Source: Antechinus flavipes (Eukaryota). From it: a stretch of 64,000 nucleotides of DNA. The translations under genes were made by a program, and so were the position numbers. Positions within the stretch are counted from its first letter, which is position 1. The number at the start of each line of letters is the position of its first letter. Below, one piece after another: positions 23,641-35,468 of the stretch. Under the pieces are notes generated by a model. The model saw only the letters and a list, made by a program, of their open reading frames with translations. It did not search any database and was not told where the DNA came from. The stretch is taken from the NCBI RefSeq assembly GCF_016432865.1, contig NC_067404.1, positions 8,184,001-8,248,000 on the forward strand. Reading direction: 5' to 3'.

Positions 23641-25470
23641 AAAGGGCACATGCAGCAGCATGGCTCCCAGCCGCCTCCTCTGCCCCCAACCAGCATGGCC
23701 CTCCCCCCTCCATGTCTCGCCCCCCCCCCCCCGACACTCTCCCTTTGGTTGCTGGGGCATTTCCAAGCAAGGCCTGCCCTGGCTGCCTCCGACCGCCTTC
23801 CCTGGCCCGGCCTGGCCTCCACTCCTCCCTGAAAGCTGGACGGGCCGTGGGGCCCCAGCCCTCGTCCTCCCCCTTCATTGGGCACAAGGGGAAGCTGGCC
23901 AAGCCTGCTAGCTGCAGGCTGATGGGCCTGACTTGGAGCTCCCGAAAACCCCTCCAGGGAGCCCTGAGTCCCCTCTGTTGCCTCAGGGGGGTCCCCCCGG
24001 CCCTTCTCTGCCACTCCCCGATGGCACCCTGAGGGGGCGCTAGTGCCCTGGGCTAATCCACCTGCCCCCAGCGCCCCCTTCTCCCCCACCCTTCTCCCCC
24101 ATCCTCCAGGGGGCAGCAGCCCGGGAGCCCGAGGCCTAGGAACAGCCTTGAGTCCGGCCAGTGACAGAACCTCCCCAGAGCGGCCTTTCTAGTGTCCCGG
24201 GGCCTCCCCAGCTTCCCCCCCGGGGGACTCCCACCGGCCTGTCAGGGAGCCACCACTCCCCGGCCCCCGTGAGCCTCAGTTTCCCCCTCTGTAACAGGGC
24301 AGCCTTCTAGTCAGTGGACTCTCTGGCCTCCTCCCGCTCTGAGTCCTTTGGCCCCAACTGATGAGGAGCTGAGGCGGGGGGGGGGGACGATTTCTTGCCC
24401 CTTGGCTCCCACCCCGCTGAGCATCACTAGGGCAGAATGTGCCCCCTGCCCCGTTCCCCTGGTAAGGGCCCGGGGAGTCGGCGGGCCCGGCCGGGGGTCC
24501 CTGCGGTGACGGCCGGGGTGGTCGAGTTCTCTGCCCCCCCCTGAGGCCCCTGCAGGGTGAGAAAGCCTCCGTGTGCCCTCTGTTTTCCCTGGAAGCTGCC
24601 CCCGAACCGCGGGGCCGGCCCTTTGGGCCAGACCCAAACAAGGAGCTTCTTACCCCCCAGGGCACTTATTGGGGCCGGGTCTCGCGCTCCCGTCGCACCG
24701 CAGTCTCCCCCACAACTTCCCCGGCTCTGCGGGACCCTGGGGCAGGCAGAGGGGGCGCCCCTGGGGCTGCGGGGAAACTGCAGCCCTCAGGCAGGGAGCC
24801 AGCCAGGGCAGGGGGAGCCTTCGGGGCCCCGCTGCGCCCGAGCCCGCCGGTACAGTCTGGGCCGGGACAGCCCGGGAGCCCCCGCCCCGTCTCCCACCCG
24901 CTTTCCTCAGGCCTAACTCAGAGGGGCTCCCAGGACGGACCCGCTGGGCTGGAGACCCCCATGTTCCTGTGGGCCTTCCCCCCTCCCCCTTCCCAGAGCC
25001 CAGGGGTCTCCCTCCTCTCTGTGAAGGAGGAAGCTGGGGACAGACCGGGGCTTCCCGGCCCAAAGGCTCCTTGAATCGGCCCCATCCCCAAGGTCCGCAC
25101 CCCAGGGGGCCCCCCCGCGGCCCATGGGGGCGTCTCTCAGGGCATCGGGGCGTAACTGGAAGTCGGGGGCAGGGAGGAGGTCCCAGGGGCGGCAGGGGGG
25201 AGGCCGGGCAGGCTGCGGGGAGGGGGGAAAGAAGACCAAGGCAATTTCAACAGAGAAAGATCTTTATTTTTATTCTTGGACTGAAGCTCTTTTAGCGTTA
25301 GTTGTACGTTGTAAGGCAACAAATGTTAAAATACAAAGAATAATCACCAACAGCCAGACCAGACCAAAGGATTTAAAAAGATGATTCCGGATCTTCTGCC
25401 CTGTTTAGATGTCATTGTGGGGGGCTGTTGGGGGGAGCCTTCCGGCCCTGGGGGAAGGAAGGGAGAGGGT

Positions 25471-27014
25471 CTAAGTGGAAGGGAGGGGAAAGAGAAGGGG
25501 AATGGCCGGGTTGGTGAGAGTGGGCTCCAGTCCTTCCTCAGTCCCATTACATGGTCCCTGTGAGGTTGAGGGCAGAAGGTTCTGCGGTTCTTCTTCCTGG
25601 CTGTGCTTGACCATCGGGGAGATCTTGGGATCTTCAGGGCCAGCAGGCAGGGCCATATCTGCCACCGCCATCGCTGAGTGCTGCTCCCCAGCCTTGTGGG
25701 GAAGACTGGGAGGGGGGCTGGCCAGAACCTTCTCCTGACCTTTCTCCTTAGGTTCCGGCCAGGATAGCGAACAGGAGTGAGGAGAGTCCCTTAGATCTTC
25801 GACGTCTTTGCCATCACCAACTGCCGCTCCCTCGGTGCCATGATCCGGAGCCTGGGAGGGGGCCTGCTCGGTGGTTGCTCCTGAGATTTCTTCTTGGGCC
25901 TTGATCAGAGCTGCCAGCAGGCCTTCGGTGTTTGCGTGAGATCTTCGATATTTGCCTGAATGGGGCACTGCGTGTGGTCCTCGCTGAGGGTCAGGAGGGA
26001 TGGGGGCCCGCCTCAGTTGTATACCTGCTCTCATCCGTCCGTCACCAGCACCAATTAAAGCTCCTGGATGAATGTGAGGGTGTCCATAAGGCCAGCGGCT
26101 GTAGGCCATTGGAGATGGCATGACTCCTGGGATCCCCTCCCCCCTGCTACCCAAAACTGTCATGAACAGGTCATGGAAAACAGGGCCCACTCTTGCATAA
26201 GGTACTGATTGTGAAGTTGTTATCCCTCGTCCATGACCTGCAGGAGGAAGACGGCCGCCTCCCAGCTGAAACCCCATCATCCCGGGCCAGGCCCCCGCGG
26301 GCGGCTGGGGTCCGGGTCTTCTTTCGGCTACTCTCCTCATGGGGATCTGACCAAGAGACAGTTGCAGGGGTCTTAACATAGCCATAATGGTTGGGAAAGT
26401 GAGCACTGTTGTATTTCTCTCACCCCACCACTGGCAGCAGCTCCAAGGCAACCAGCCCTGTCATCACTCCAGAGGGAGTGTGACGTAATAAAGGCCCCCT
26501 GCCATGATAGCCTCAGAATTGTGGGGGTTGCAGTCATGACACACTTAAAGGCCCAGCCCCCAGCTCAACTGGCGGGCGAGACCGGGGCTCCCCTCCCCCC
26601 AAACGCGACACGACCCCAATGAATAAAGCACGGAAAGTACACGCACACACCGCCGTCCCCGCTTGTGGAAGTGCCCGCTGGGGGGAGCTCAGTCGCGGCC
26701 CCCACACCGGGGTGCGGGCGGGGTTGGGAGGGTTGGGAATGGGCCCAGACTCTCCCATGCCCCCCCCAGCCGGGTGCTCCCAGGGGCAGGCCACGTCCCT
26801 GCTGTTAGCCCCTTGGTCCCCAGCTGTCTAACGGGGTCCCGGCCCTGAGCTCCGGGTGCCGGGGAGGGGCCCCGGGTTCGGGGAGCACCGGCACGGGGCC
26901 TGGCGCCCGGGCAGGGCCGCTCACCTGCATTTTGTTACGTCTGAGGAGTCCTTCTGCATCGGGCCTGACCGTGACCGGCTGCTCCAGCCATGGCTTAGAG
27001 GCCCCTCCCCCCAT
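25471..27014 (-). CDS. Family copy B, uncharacterised Pro/Gly-rich protein (exon 2 ORF 304 aa from ATG 26385)
   Basis: Exon 1 27014-26925 (MGGGASKPWLEQPVTVRPDAEGLLRRNKMQ). ORF MAMLRPLQL...GHGRG...GEGIPG...ALIGAGDGR...LLAALIKA is colinear with A and C; good Kozak ACCATTATGG; AATAAA ~25263-25274. Confidence 0.65.
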
Positions 27015-29034
27015 GTCCCGCTCCCCCGGGCTGGCAGCCCCTCCCTCAGGCCCAACTGCCCCCAACGGACCCCCACATGCTGGGGCTCGGCTCCCTGGGG
27101 GGGAATCTCTGACACCGGGTGTCCTGCACCACTGAGCACCAGCAGGCCTGGGGGAGGGCAGACGGGCCGGGGCCACATCCACAAGCGGGCCCCAGCAGCC
27201 TTGCAGTCCAAGGGGAGGAGACCGGGGTAACCTGGAGAAAGCCTCCCTCTGGTCTCTCCCTCAAAGGCCATACCCAGCCTTCCTAGGACCCCAGAGTCAG
27301 CCCTGGAAGGGAGGTTAAAGGTCTCTAGGGCGCCTCAGAGGGAGATGGTCCCCTCAACATGTGGGGGTCCTGCACAGAAGGTGGCAAAGTCACCACCCTT
27401 CCATATACAAACTACCCATCCTGAGGTAGCCACCAGGGCATCCTGGGAGCACAGTGACCTCTCTGGTGCCCTCTGCACATGCATGCAGCCCCACATGTGA
27501 GTGGTCCTGGGCCCACCCTCACAAACAGGCCCATAGGCAGTTCCCCACGTGTGCGTGCACCAGGCACGTGAACATGAGGTGTCCCCCCTCACACCCATGA
27601 GGGCCCACACAACGCCCCCTCCGCAGGGCACCCCGGGATGTGTTTCAGGGAGTACTCACTCGCCCCCCCCCGCCGCCAGTTGGGGCCCGATGGGGCTTAG
27701 CCCTCCCCCCCCCGCCCCCGGCGGGGGCTGTTAGGGGAGGCCTGAAATCCGCCCCTCTGAGGAGCTTGTGGCAGAATAAAGCCATAGCCTGTCCCACCGC
27801 AGGATCCAGGGGAGGCCGATTCCGGGCCACTTTCTTCTTGGAGGGAGATTGGCTGGGCTTCCCTCCCCATTGCCTTGCCCCACAGCCCCTCCCCCAGGGA
27901 CTGCCCCCCCAACCTCCTGGAACCCTCGGGCGGGGGGGATTCTGAGTCCTCTTTTTGCAGGAGGTCCCCCTTGGCCTGCCTGACAGGTCTCAGCTCCCAG
28001 AGCAGGCCAGGACAGCAGCCCCTTTCCACCGGCTTTCTAGGATTCCCAGAAAACTCATGGGATCACAACCCCCCTGGGGTCCATGGTGGAGCTATTGTCC
28101 CCCTTTCACAAAGTCAGGCTCCCAGAGAGGAAGGGGTTGTTAGCTCTGGACAGGTCAGCTCTTCTCTCCCTTTTCTCTTTCTCTGTCTCTCCTTGGCTGT
28201 GTGTGTGTGTGTTTTCTCCCCAGCCATGTACGCCCCCCTCCACCCCCCAGCTGACATCACCTTAGCGGGTCACCTGACGTGCTGCTCTTGGTCCCAGAGC
28301 GACACAGAACACGGCTCATGCCCATTTCACAGGACAGCCCTTCAGCTGCAGGTGGACAGAGCTCCTGAGCCCCCCCCTCCCCCAGACCCTTCCCCTCCAG
28401 GCTCAGCGTCCCCAGGCCTTCCCACCGCTGCTGCTCATCTGTCCCCAAGCAAGGGCGGGGCCCACGGAGAGAGGGGAACTCTGCCTCCCACTGGGCGCTA
28501 CCGGGCAAAGCCTGGAAAAGTGCTCTGGGTGCCTGCAGGGGCGCCTTCCCCATCCCCCAACGAATGGGGCTTCTGGCCCCGAGGCGGGGACACAGAGAGC
28601 CAAGGGAGGGGGTTTCCAGCCCGGCAGCCGCGCCCCTTGGGCGGCTTCACACATGGACTCCTCCGCCTGGCGGTCAGGGGAGGCCGCGCCCGGGGCACGC
28701 CGCCGGCGCCCAACACGCGTGTGCTGAGAACGAGCCCGGCCTTACGCGGGAGCCCGGGACATCCCGAAGGGGCTGCTTGGGGCAGAAAGCGGGAGGGCTC
28801 CCGGCCACACGCTGCACCCACTGCAGCCCCGGCGGCGCTTGGGGGGTGGTACCTAAGGTGGGGGTTGGGTGGTCATGTGGCCTGGGATGGACCTGCGGCC
28901 CACAGGCAGGGGGAAAGCCCCGGGGCAGCCAGCGAGGGCAAGGAGAGAGAACCAGAGGCTCGTGTATGAAATGGGGGACATCTTTGGGCATCCCCCAGGC
29001 CAAGAAGGGGGAAGCAAGAGGAAGAGCATCCCCC

Positions 29035-29312
29035 AGAGGAATAATTCAGCCCGCAGAGTAATAATTTGGGCACCCCCCAGAGTAATCATTCAGGCCCCCC
29101 TCCATAGTAATAATTCAGGCCCCCCCACGGGGTAATAATTCAGGCCCCCTATGGGGTAATAATTCAGGCCCCCCACAGAGTAATAATTCAGGCTCCCCCA
29201 TGGGGCAATAATTCAGGCCCTCCTTGGGGTAATTATCCAAGCCCCCTACGGGGTAATAATTCAGGCCCTCCTCGGAGTAATTATTCAGGCCCCCCCTCCA
29301 GAATAATACTTC
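29035..29312. repeat. 24-bp minisatellite (~11 units)
   Basis: GGTAATAATTCAGGCCCCCTATGG units; shorter paralogous remnant at ~40900-41025. Confidence 0.9.
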
Positions 29313-29317
29313 GGGCC

Positions 29318-30230
29318 TGTAATGGGCTGAGGCTTGAGTTGATATACTGAGGTCCTAAGCACATAAGGCTAAATAGTCATTGGACCATACTCTATTAATA
29401 TATATGCCTGGAGAAAGAATGCCCCCCCCCGTCCCCCCAGCCTACTCTTTGTGCAAGACCTGATGTGTTGTATAGGAAATGACGATTCTGGTGGGTGGAG
29501 GCAGGGGAAGGAAAAAAGGAGGGGAGGAGAGCTCAGACCTCTCTCTCTGCTAGCTCTTTTGTCATTGCAACAACTTTTCTGTTTGTTTTCTCTTCTTTTT
29601 GCTTTTTGCTTTGGCAGTGGCAGTTGGGGTTAAGTGACTTGCCCATGGTCACACAACCAGGAATTATTAAGTGTCTGAGGCTGAATTTGAACTCAGGTCC
29701 TCCTGACTTCAGGGCTGGTGCTCTACCCACTGAGCCATCTCCTCCCCACTGTTCGGGCACCAAAATGTTGGAGTTCTTGTTCTTCTCAAAACACAGCCCG
29801 TTTAGCTTAGAGCCCTCCGAATGTCTCCAAATCCAAAGGTCTGGTCCTTCAGCCTCTGCCTCTGCTTTCTTCCGCCTCCAACCAGCACAGAGATGGAATG
29901 AATCTCTTGTCTCCTTCACTGGGGGCTGGGCCAGCTTTCTGGTGAGTCTTTCAGACCAGCTTGGTCTCAGTGGGGAAATGCAGGAGCCCAGCCACCAACT
30001 ACAGTGGTGTGAGATGAAGATGAATCTGGTTGTCCACTGAACTCTCCACTTGTAGCTTCTTCCTCTGAAAACTCTTCTTCTGCCACCAGCCAGCCAAGTG
30101 GAAAATATTCTGGAATAGATCTCTCTACACTGGCCTTATATCTGACTCTTCTGAGAGAGAGGGATTATGGGTTTTCTCCCATGGTGCTCTCTGGCCCTAA
30201 GAGCTTTAAGGGAGGTGCTCTCTTTGTAGT
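29318..30230 (+). mobile_element. ERV LTR-like element (right end uncertain)
   Basis: Starts TGTAATGGGCTGAGGCTTGAGTTG, with an abrupt shift to lower-GC non-amplicon sequence; interrupted by a SINE. Confidence 0.55.
29575..29747 (-). mobile_element. tRNA-derived marsupial SINE (WSINE1-like)
   Basis: Reverse strand reads GCTCAGTGGGTAGAGCACCAGCCCTGAAGTCAGGAGGACCTGAGTTCAAATTCAGCCTCAGACACTT...GGGCAAGTCACTTAACCCCAA with A/B boxes and an A-rich tail. Confidence 0.88.
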
Positions 30231-31090
30231 AACCTGTGTATATTTCTGTGGTGCCCTGGGGCAGTGTGGGTTTTGTGGAGAGGTGCGCTTGCATTTGTGC
30301 GTACAAGGTTCTGGGTCTGTTGTGTGAATCTGTATTTGGTGACCGTGTGTGTGCACCGGCACGGTGAGTGTGCTTTGTTTGTGTGTCTGTCTGTGTGGGG
30401 GATGTGTGCGTCCGTGTGGCAGACGCGTGGCCGGGCGGGTGTGGCATCTGGACTTTTGCCACGTGTGAGCCCATGCCGGGTGTCCTCGTGTGGCCCGCGG
30501 GGCGTCTGTGCCCAGCATGTGTGTTGCTTTGTGTGGAGTAGGATGTATTTGGGTGGCATGTGGACATATGGATGGGTGGTGCTTAGAGGATGTTTCTATG
30601 TTATGTGTGCTTGTCCTTGGGTGTCTGTGTGTGTCTGTTTCTGAGAGTATATGTATGCATGAGAATGTGTGTGTGTCTGTGTGAGTTTGTGTGTGTGAGG
30701 AAATAGCCATGGCACAGGGGGGTGGGGGGGGGGCTTCTGGGAGGGGCGCCCCCTGCTGGTACCTGGGGACGAGAAGGGCAGTTGGTCTCGGCGGAGATCT
30801 GTGCTAACGCTCCTCTGGAGCTGCCACGGGGGATCTTGGGGCACTATTCGCACTGGAGGCCTCCTGGGGGGCAAAGAGCAGGGGCCCCCGCCAGGGCAGC
30901 CGGGGGACGCTCGGGCCCAGCTCTGCCCCTCGGCTCTCAGGGGTCCCGGGGGGGGCAGACCCCCCACAGAGAGCCTGGGCCCCAGAGGAGGGGAGAGGCC
31001 AAGGCCACCAGAGATGGGAGAGGGGCCTCCTCCTCCCAGGGCAAGGGGAAGTCCCTCCCCCCCGACCCGGCCCACACAGTCTCACCAGAG
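30165..31090 (-). pseudogene. Family copy D2 (3'-truncated at LTR)
   Basis: Same acceptor block and GCCATGGCTATTTCC start (ATG 30710). A 181-aa His/Thr-rich ORF runs into the LTR; no family C-terminus. Confidence 0.6.
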
Positions 31091-31689
31091 CGGCCTTTGC
31101 CTCCTGACCCGTGTGACTCCCCACAGCCTGGCAGGGAGCCGCCACTACCTGAGCCTCCACGGGCCTCAGCCCCCCCGCCCCCACAACAAGAAGGGCTTTG
31201 ATTCAGCGCACTCTGTGGCCTCCTCCAGCCCTAGGTCGAGCTTCCTTTGGCCCCAACGGGCAGAGGAGGAACTGAGGCGGAGGGAGGCCCACACCCTGCT
31301 AAGGGTCAGTGGGGCAGAATCCCTCCCGTGGGCCTGCTGAGGGTGGGGGCGGGCTGCCCGGGGGTCCCTGCTTTATCAGTCAGGATGATAGAGTTGTCTG
31401 CCCGCCCCCTCTCCCCTCCCCAGGGAGCCCAGCCCGGGTGAGAGAGCCCTAACTCCTCCTGCATCTTTCCCGTGGCCTCCGCCTGCCACCGGCCCTCTGG
31501 GGCAGTCCCGTCTCAGCGGTCTCACGCGCTGGCCCAGGGCGACTCCTGGGACAATGGACGGGGGCTCCTTTCTTGCCCCCGGTCTTCTTAACTCCTCTCA
31601 CTTGGGGGAATGGTCCGGGAAGGCAGAAGGGGCGCCCCAGGGGCTGCTGGGAAACTGCAGCCCTCAGGCAGGGAGCCAGCAAGGGGAGC

Positions 31690-33880
31690 GCCTTCAAAGC
31701 TTCCCAGCCACATTCTCATGTTCCACAGCCCAGGGTTCTTCCCCCCATCTCTATGAAGGATGAGGCTAGGTGTAGGGAGTCCCAACTGCAGGTATGTAAC
31801 CGAAACCAGCCATTTGAGTAGCCACTTCTGAGTTCTGTATCTCAAGGTTCTCTCCCGACCTCTGCCAGTGAGGAAGCTGGGGGCACCCCCAATCAGATCT
31901 TGTCCCAACCACATTCCCATGTTCTGGACTCAAGGGATATCCACCCGATTACCTGTGAAGGAGGAAGCTGGGGCAGCGACTAGACCACGGCTTCCCACCC
32001 CAAATAAGCCCTCGTCCCAGCTACACCCCATGTTCCGCACCCCAGGGGTTCCCCCACCGTGAAGGAAGAAGCTATGGACAGTGAGCCTAGATCAAGGCTT
32101 CACACCCCAAATTAGTTCTTTTCCCAGCCACATCAGCAAATTCTCTACCCTAGGCATCTTCCTCCTGATGAGATCTAGATTTTGGGGTTCTCAAAATGAT
32201 GAAGTTAGATTCAGGGAACCAAAATGATGCTATTAGGGTTCCTGGTGGTCAGGGAGTTAAATGATGAGGTCAGCGGCAAGTTTGGGGTTCAGGGAACCAA
32301 ATGAAGAGGTTTGACTCTTTTTAGGATGGGTGCAGGGTAGGGACCTGAGGGGACCCCCTTCTGGCAGCAAAGAGGTCCTTCCTAAAGGAAGTTACGAACC
32401 CAGAAAGCTAGACTGGCAAAAAGAAGCTGGCAGCAGGAGGGCCTCTCCCTCGACTGCTCACAGTTTCTCTACATTTCAGACACAGAACCCCCCAAATCCC
32501 CCCCCCCCCATGCTGCGATTGGTCCCGTAAGTCTCCATTCCCCTATTTGGTCGGCGGGATACAGTACATAAGGTGATGTTCGGCTTCTTCGGCCACGTAA
32601 TCCCTTCTTTGGACGGTGCAATGGAGTCCAGGCCTTATCTAAACTCACGTGACTCCGGGGAACAGCCTTAAGGCTTCGGTTAATTTAGCAAACAGTCTCT
32701 GATCAATTTGTGCTTCATCTGTAAATTCTTCCCCTTTTCCACATAGCCACACCCCCCAATTCTGCACCCCATGAACCGCCCCCCCACTGTGTCTGTGACG
32801 GAGGCTTCTGGGAGCACTGAATCTAAACCAAGGCTTCAGAGCCCGTCAGCTCTTGGATTAGCCACTTCCCCAAGTTCTACACTCCAAGGGTTTCTCCCCG
32901 TTTCTGGGAAGGAGGAAGAGGCAGGAGGTGCATCTAGAACAGGCCTTCCCACCCCAAGTGAGCCCTCGGATTAGCTCCATACCCAAGCTTTGCACCCCCA
33001 ACCTCTGTGAAGGATGCGGGGGTGGGGGACATTGAGTGTGGACCAGGGTTTCCCACTGAAAATGAGCCCTAGGATTAGCAAAATCCACAAATTCCTCAAC
33101 CTAGTGAGCTCTGCCCCCATCGGTGCCAAGGAGGAAGTTGGGGGCAGTGAGTCTAGACAAGGCTCTCATACCCCAAATGAGCACCAGGATTAACAATTTC
33201 CCCAAGTTCCTCTTCCCTAGGGTTCCCCCGCTCTGTGAAGGAGAACGTTAGCCCTTGGATTTACCATATTCCCAAATTCTGCACCCCAGGGGTCTCCCTC
33301 CCTCTCTGTGAAGGAGGAAGCTGGGGCACTGAGTATAGATCAGGGCTTCTCCCCCAAAATGAGCCCTTGGATTAGCCACTTCTCCCAGTTCTGCACCCCA
33401 GGGGTCTCCCCCATCTCTGTTTAAAGGAACTGGGGACAGTGAGTGGAGGGTGGCTCTTCTCTCCCCAAAGGAGCCCTTGGCCCAACCACATCTCTGCATT
33501 CACCACCGCGGGGGTCCCCCTATTTGCCTGTGAAGAAGCAACCTAAGAGTCTAGAACAAAGCTTCCCTCCCCAAATGAGCCCTTGTCCCAGCCGCATCCC
33601 CACATTCACCACTGTGGGGGCTCCCCATCTCTGTGAAGGAGGAAGCAGGGGCAGCGAGTCTAGAGCAGGGCTTCCCTCCCCAAAGGAGCCCTTGGCCCAG
33701 CCACATCCCTGTATTCTGCACCCCAAGGGTCTCCCACCCACCCTGTGTCTGTGAAGGAGGAAGCTGGGAAAAGTGTGTCTAGAACAGGGCTTCCCACCCA
33801 AAATCAGCCCTTGTCTCAGCTACATCCCCAAGTTCCACAAAACAGGGATCTTCCTCCCATTTTATGAAGAAAACTTCCCC
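31690..33880. repeat. ~113-bp satellite array (interrupted at ~32167-32730)
   Basis: Same unit as 13760-16070. Confidence 0.88.
32167..32730. mobile_element. Probable LTR-like insertion in satellite
   Basis: ~570 bp of unrelated sequence starting TGATGAG with internal short repeats (GGGTTC...AAATGATGA) that interrupts a satellite unit; no clear TSD. Confidence 0.4.
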
Positions 33881-35468
33881 AGCCCTTCTCTGCCACTCCT
33901 TGATGGCACCCTGAGGGGGCGCTAGTGCCCTGGGCTAATCCACCTGCCCCCAGCGCCCCCTTCTCCCCCACCCTTCTCCCCCATCCTCCAGGGGGCAGCA
34001 GCCCGGGAGCCCGAGGCCTAGGAACAGCCTTGAGTCCGGCCCAGTGACAGAACCTCCCCAGAGCGGCCTTTCTAGTGTCCCGGGGCCTCCCCAGCTTCCC
34101 CCCCGGGGGACTCCCACCGGCCTGTCAGGGAGCCACCACTCCCCAGCCCCCGTGAGCCTCAGTTTCCCCCTCTGTAACAGGGCAGCCTTCTAGTCAGTGG
34201 ACTCTCTGGCCTCCTCCCGCTCTGAGTCCTTTGGCCCCAACTGACGAGGAGCTGGGGCGGGGGGTGAGGGGGGGGGACGATTTCTTGCCCCTTGGCTCCC
34301 ACCCCGCTGAGCATCACTAGGGCAGAATGTGCCCCCTGCCCCGTTCCCTCCTTCCTGTGGGCCCGGTAAGGGCCCGGGGAGTCGGCGGGCCCGGCCGGGG
34401 GTCCCTGCGGTGACGGCCGGGGTGGTCGAGTTCTCTGCCCCCCCGAGGCCCCTGCAGGGTGAGAAAGCCTCCGTGTGTCCTGTTTTCCCTGGAAGATGCC
34501 CCTGAACCGCGGGGCCGGCCCTTTGGGCCAGACCCAAACAAGGAGCTTCTTACCCCCCAGGGCACTTATTGGGGCCGGGTCTCGCGCTCCCGTCGCACCG
34601 CAGTCTCCCCCACAACTTCCCCGGCTCTGCGGGACCCTGGGGCAGGCAGAGGGGGCGCCCCTGGGGCTGCGGGGAAACTGCAGCTCTCAGGCAGGGAGCC
34701 AGCCAGGGCAGGGGGAGCCTGCGGGGCCCGCTGCGCCCGAGCCCGCCGGTACAGTCTGGGCCGGGACAGCCCGGGAGCCCCCGCCCCGTCTCCCACCTGC
34801 TTTCTTCAGGCGTAACTCAGAGGGGCTCCCAGGACAGACCCACTGGGCTGGAGACCCCCACGTTCCTGTGGGCCTTCCCCCCTCCCCGTTCCCGGAGCCC
34901 AGGGGTCTCCCTCCTCTCTGTGAAGGCAGAAGCTGGGGCAGTGACTCAGAGCGGGGCTTCCCGGCCCAAAGGCTCCTTGAATCGGCCCCGTCCCCAAGGT
35001 CCGCACCCCAGGGGGCCCCCCCGCGGCCCATGGGGGCGTCTCTCAGGGCATCGGGGCGTAACTGGAAGTCGGGGGCAGGGAGGAGGTCCCAGGGGCGGCA
35101 GGGGCAGAGGCCGGGCAGGCCGTGGTGAGGGGGGGGGGGGGGAAGAAGACCAAGGCAATTTCAACAGAGAAAGATCTTTATTTTTATTCTTGGACTGAAG
35201 CTCTTTTAGCGTTAGTTGTACGTTGTAAGGCAACAAATGTTAAAATACAAAGAATAAATCCTCGACAGTGGGAACAGGCGAAGGATTTGTAGAGGATGAA
35301 TGTTGACGCTCCTGCCCCGTCAGGATGGTCAGAGGGGCGCTGTTGGCGTGGGGCGCCTTCGGGCCGATGACATAGGGGAGAGAAGGGCCACAGAGGAAGG
35401 CAGGGGAAGAGGAGGGGAAAGGCAGGGGTGGTGAGGGGAAGGGGAGCTCCAGTCCTGTCCCAGGCCCA

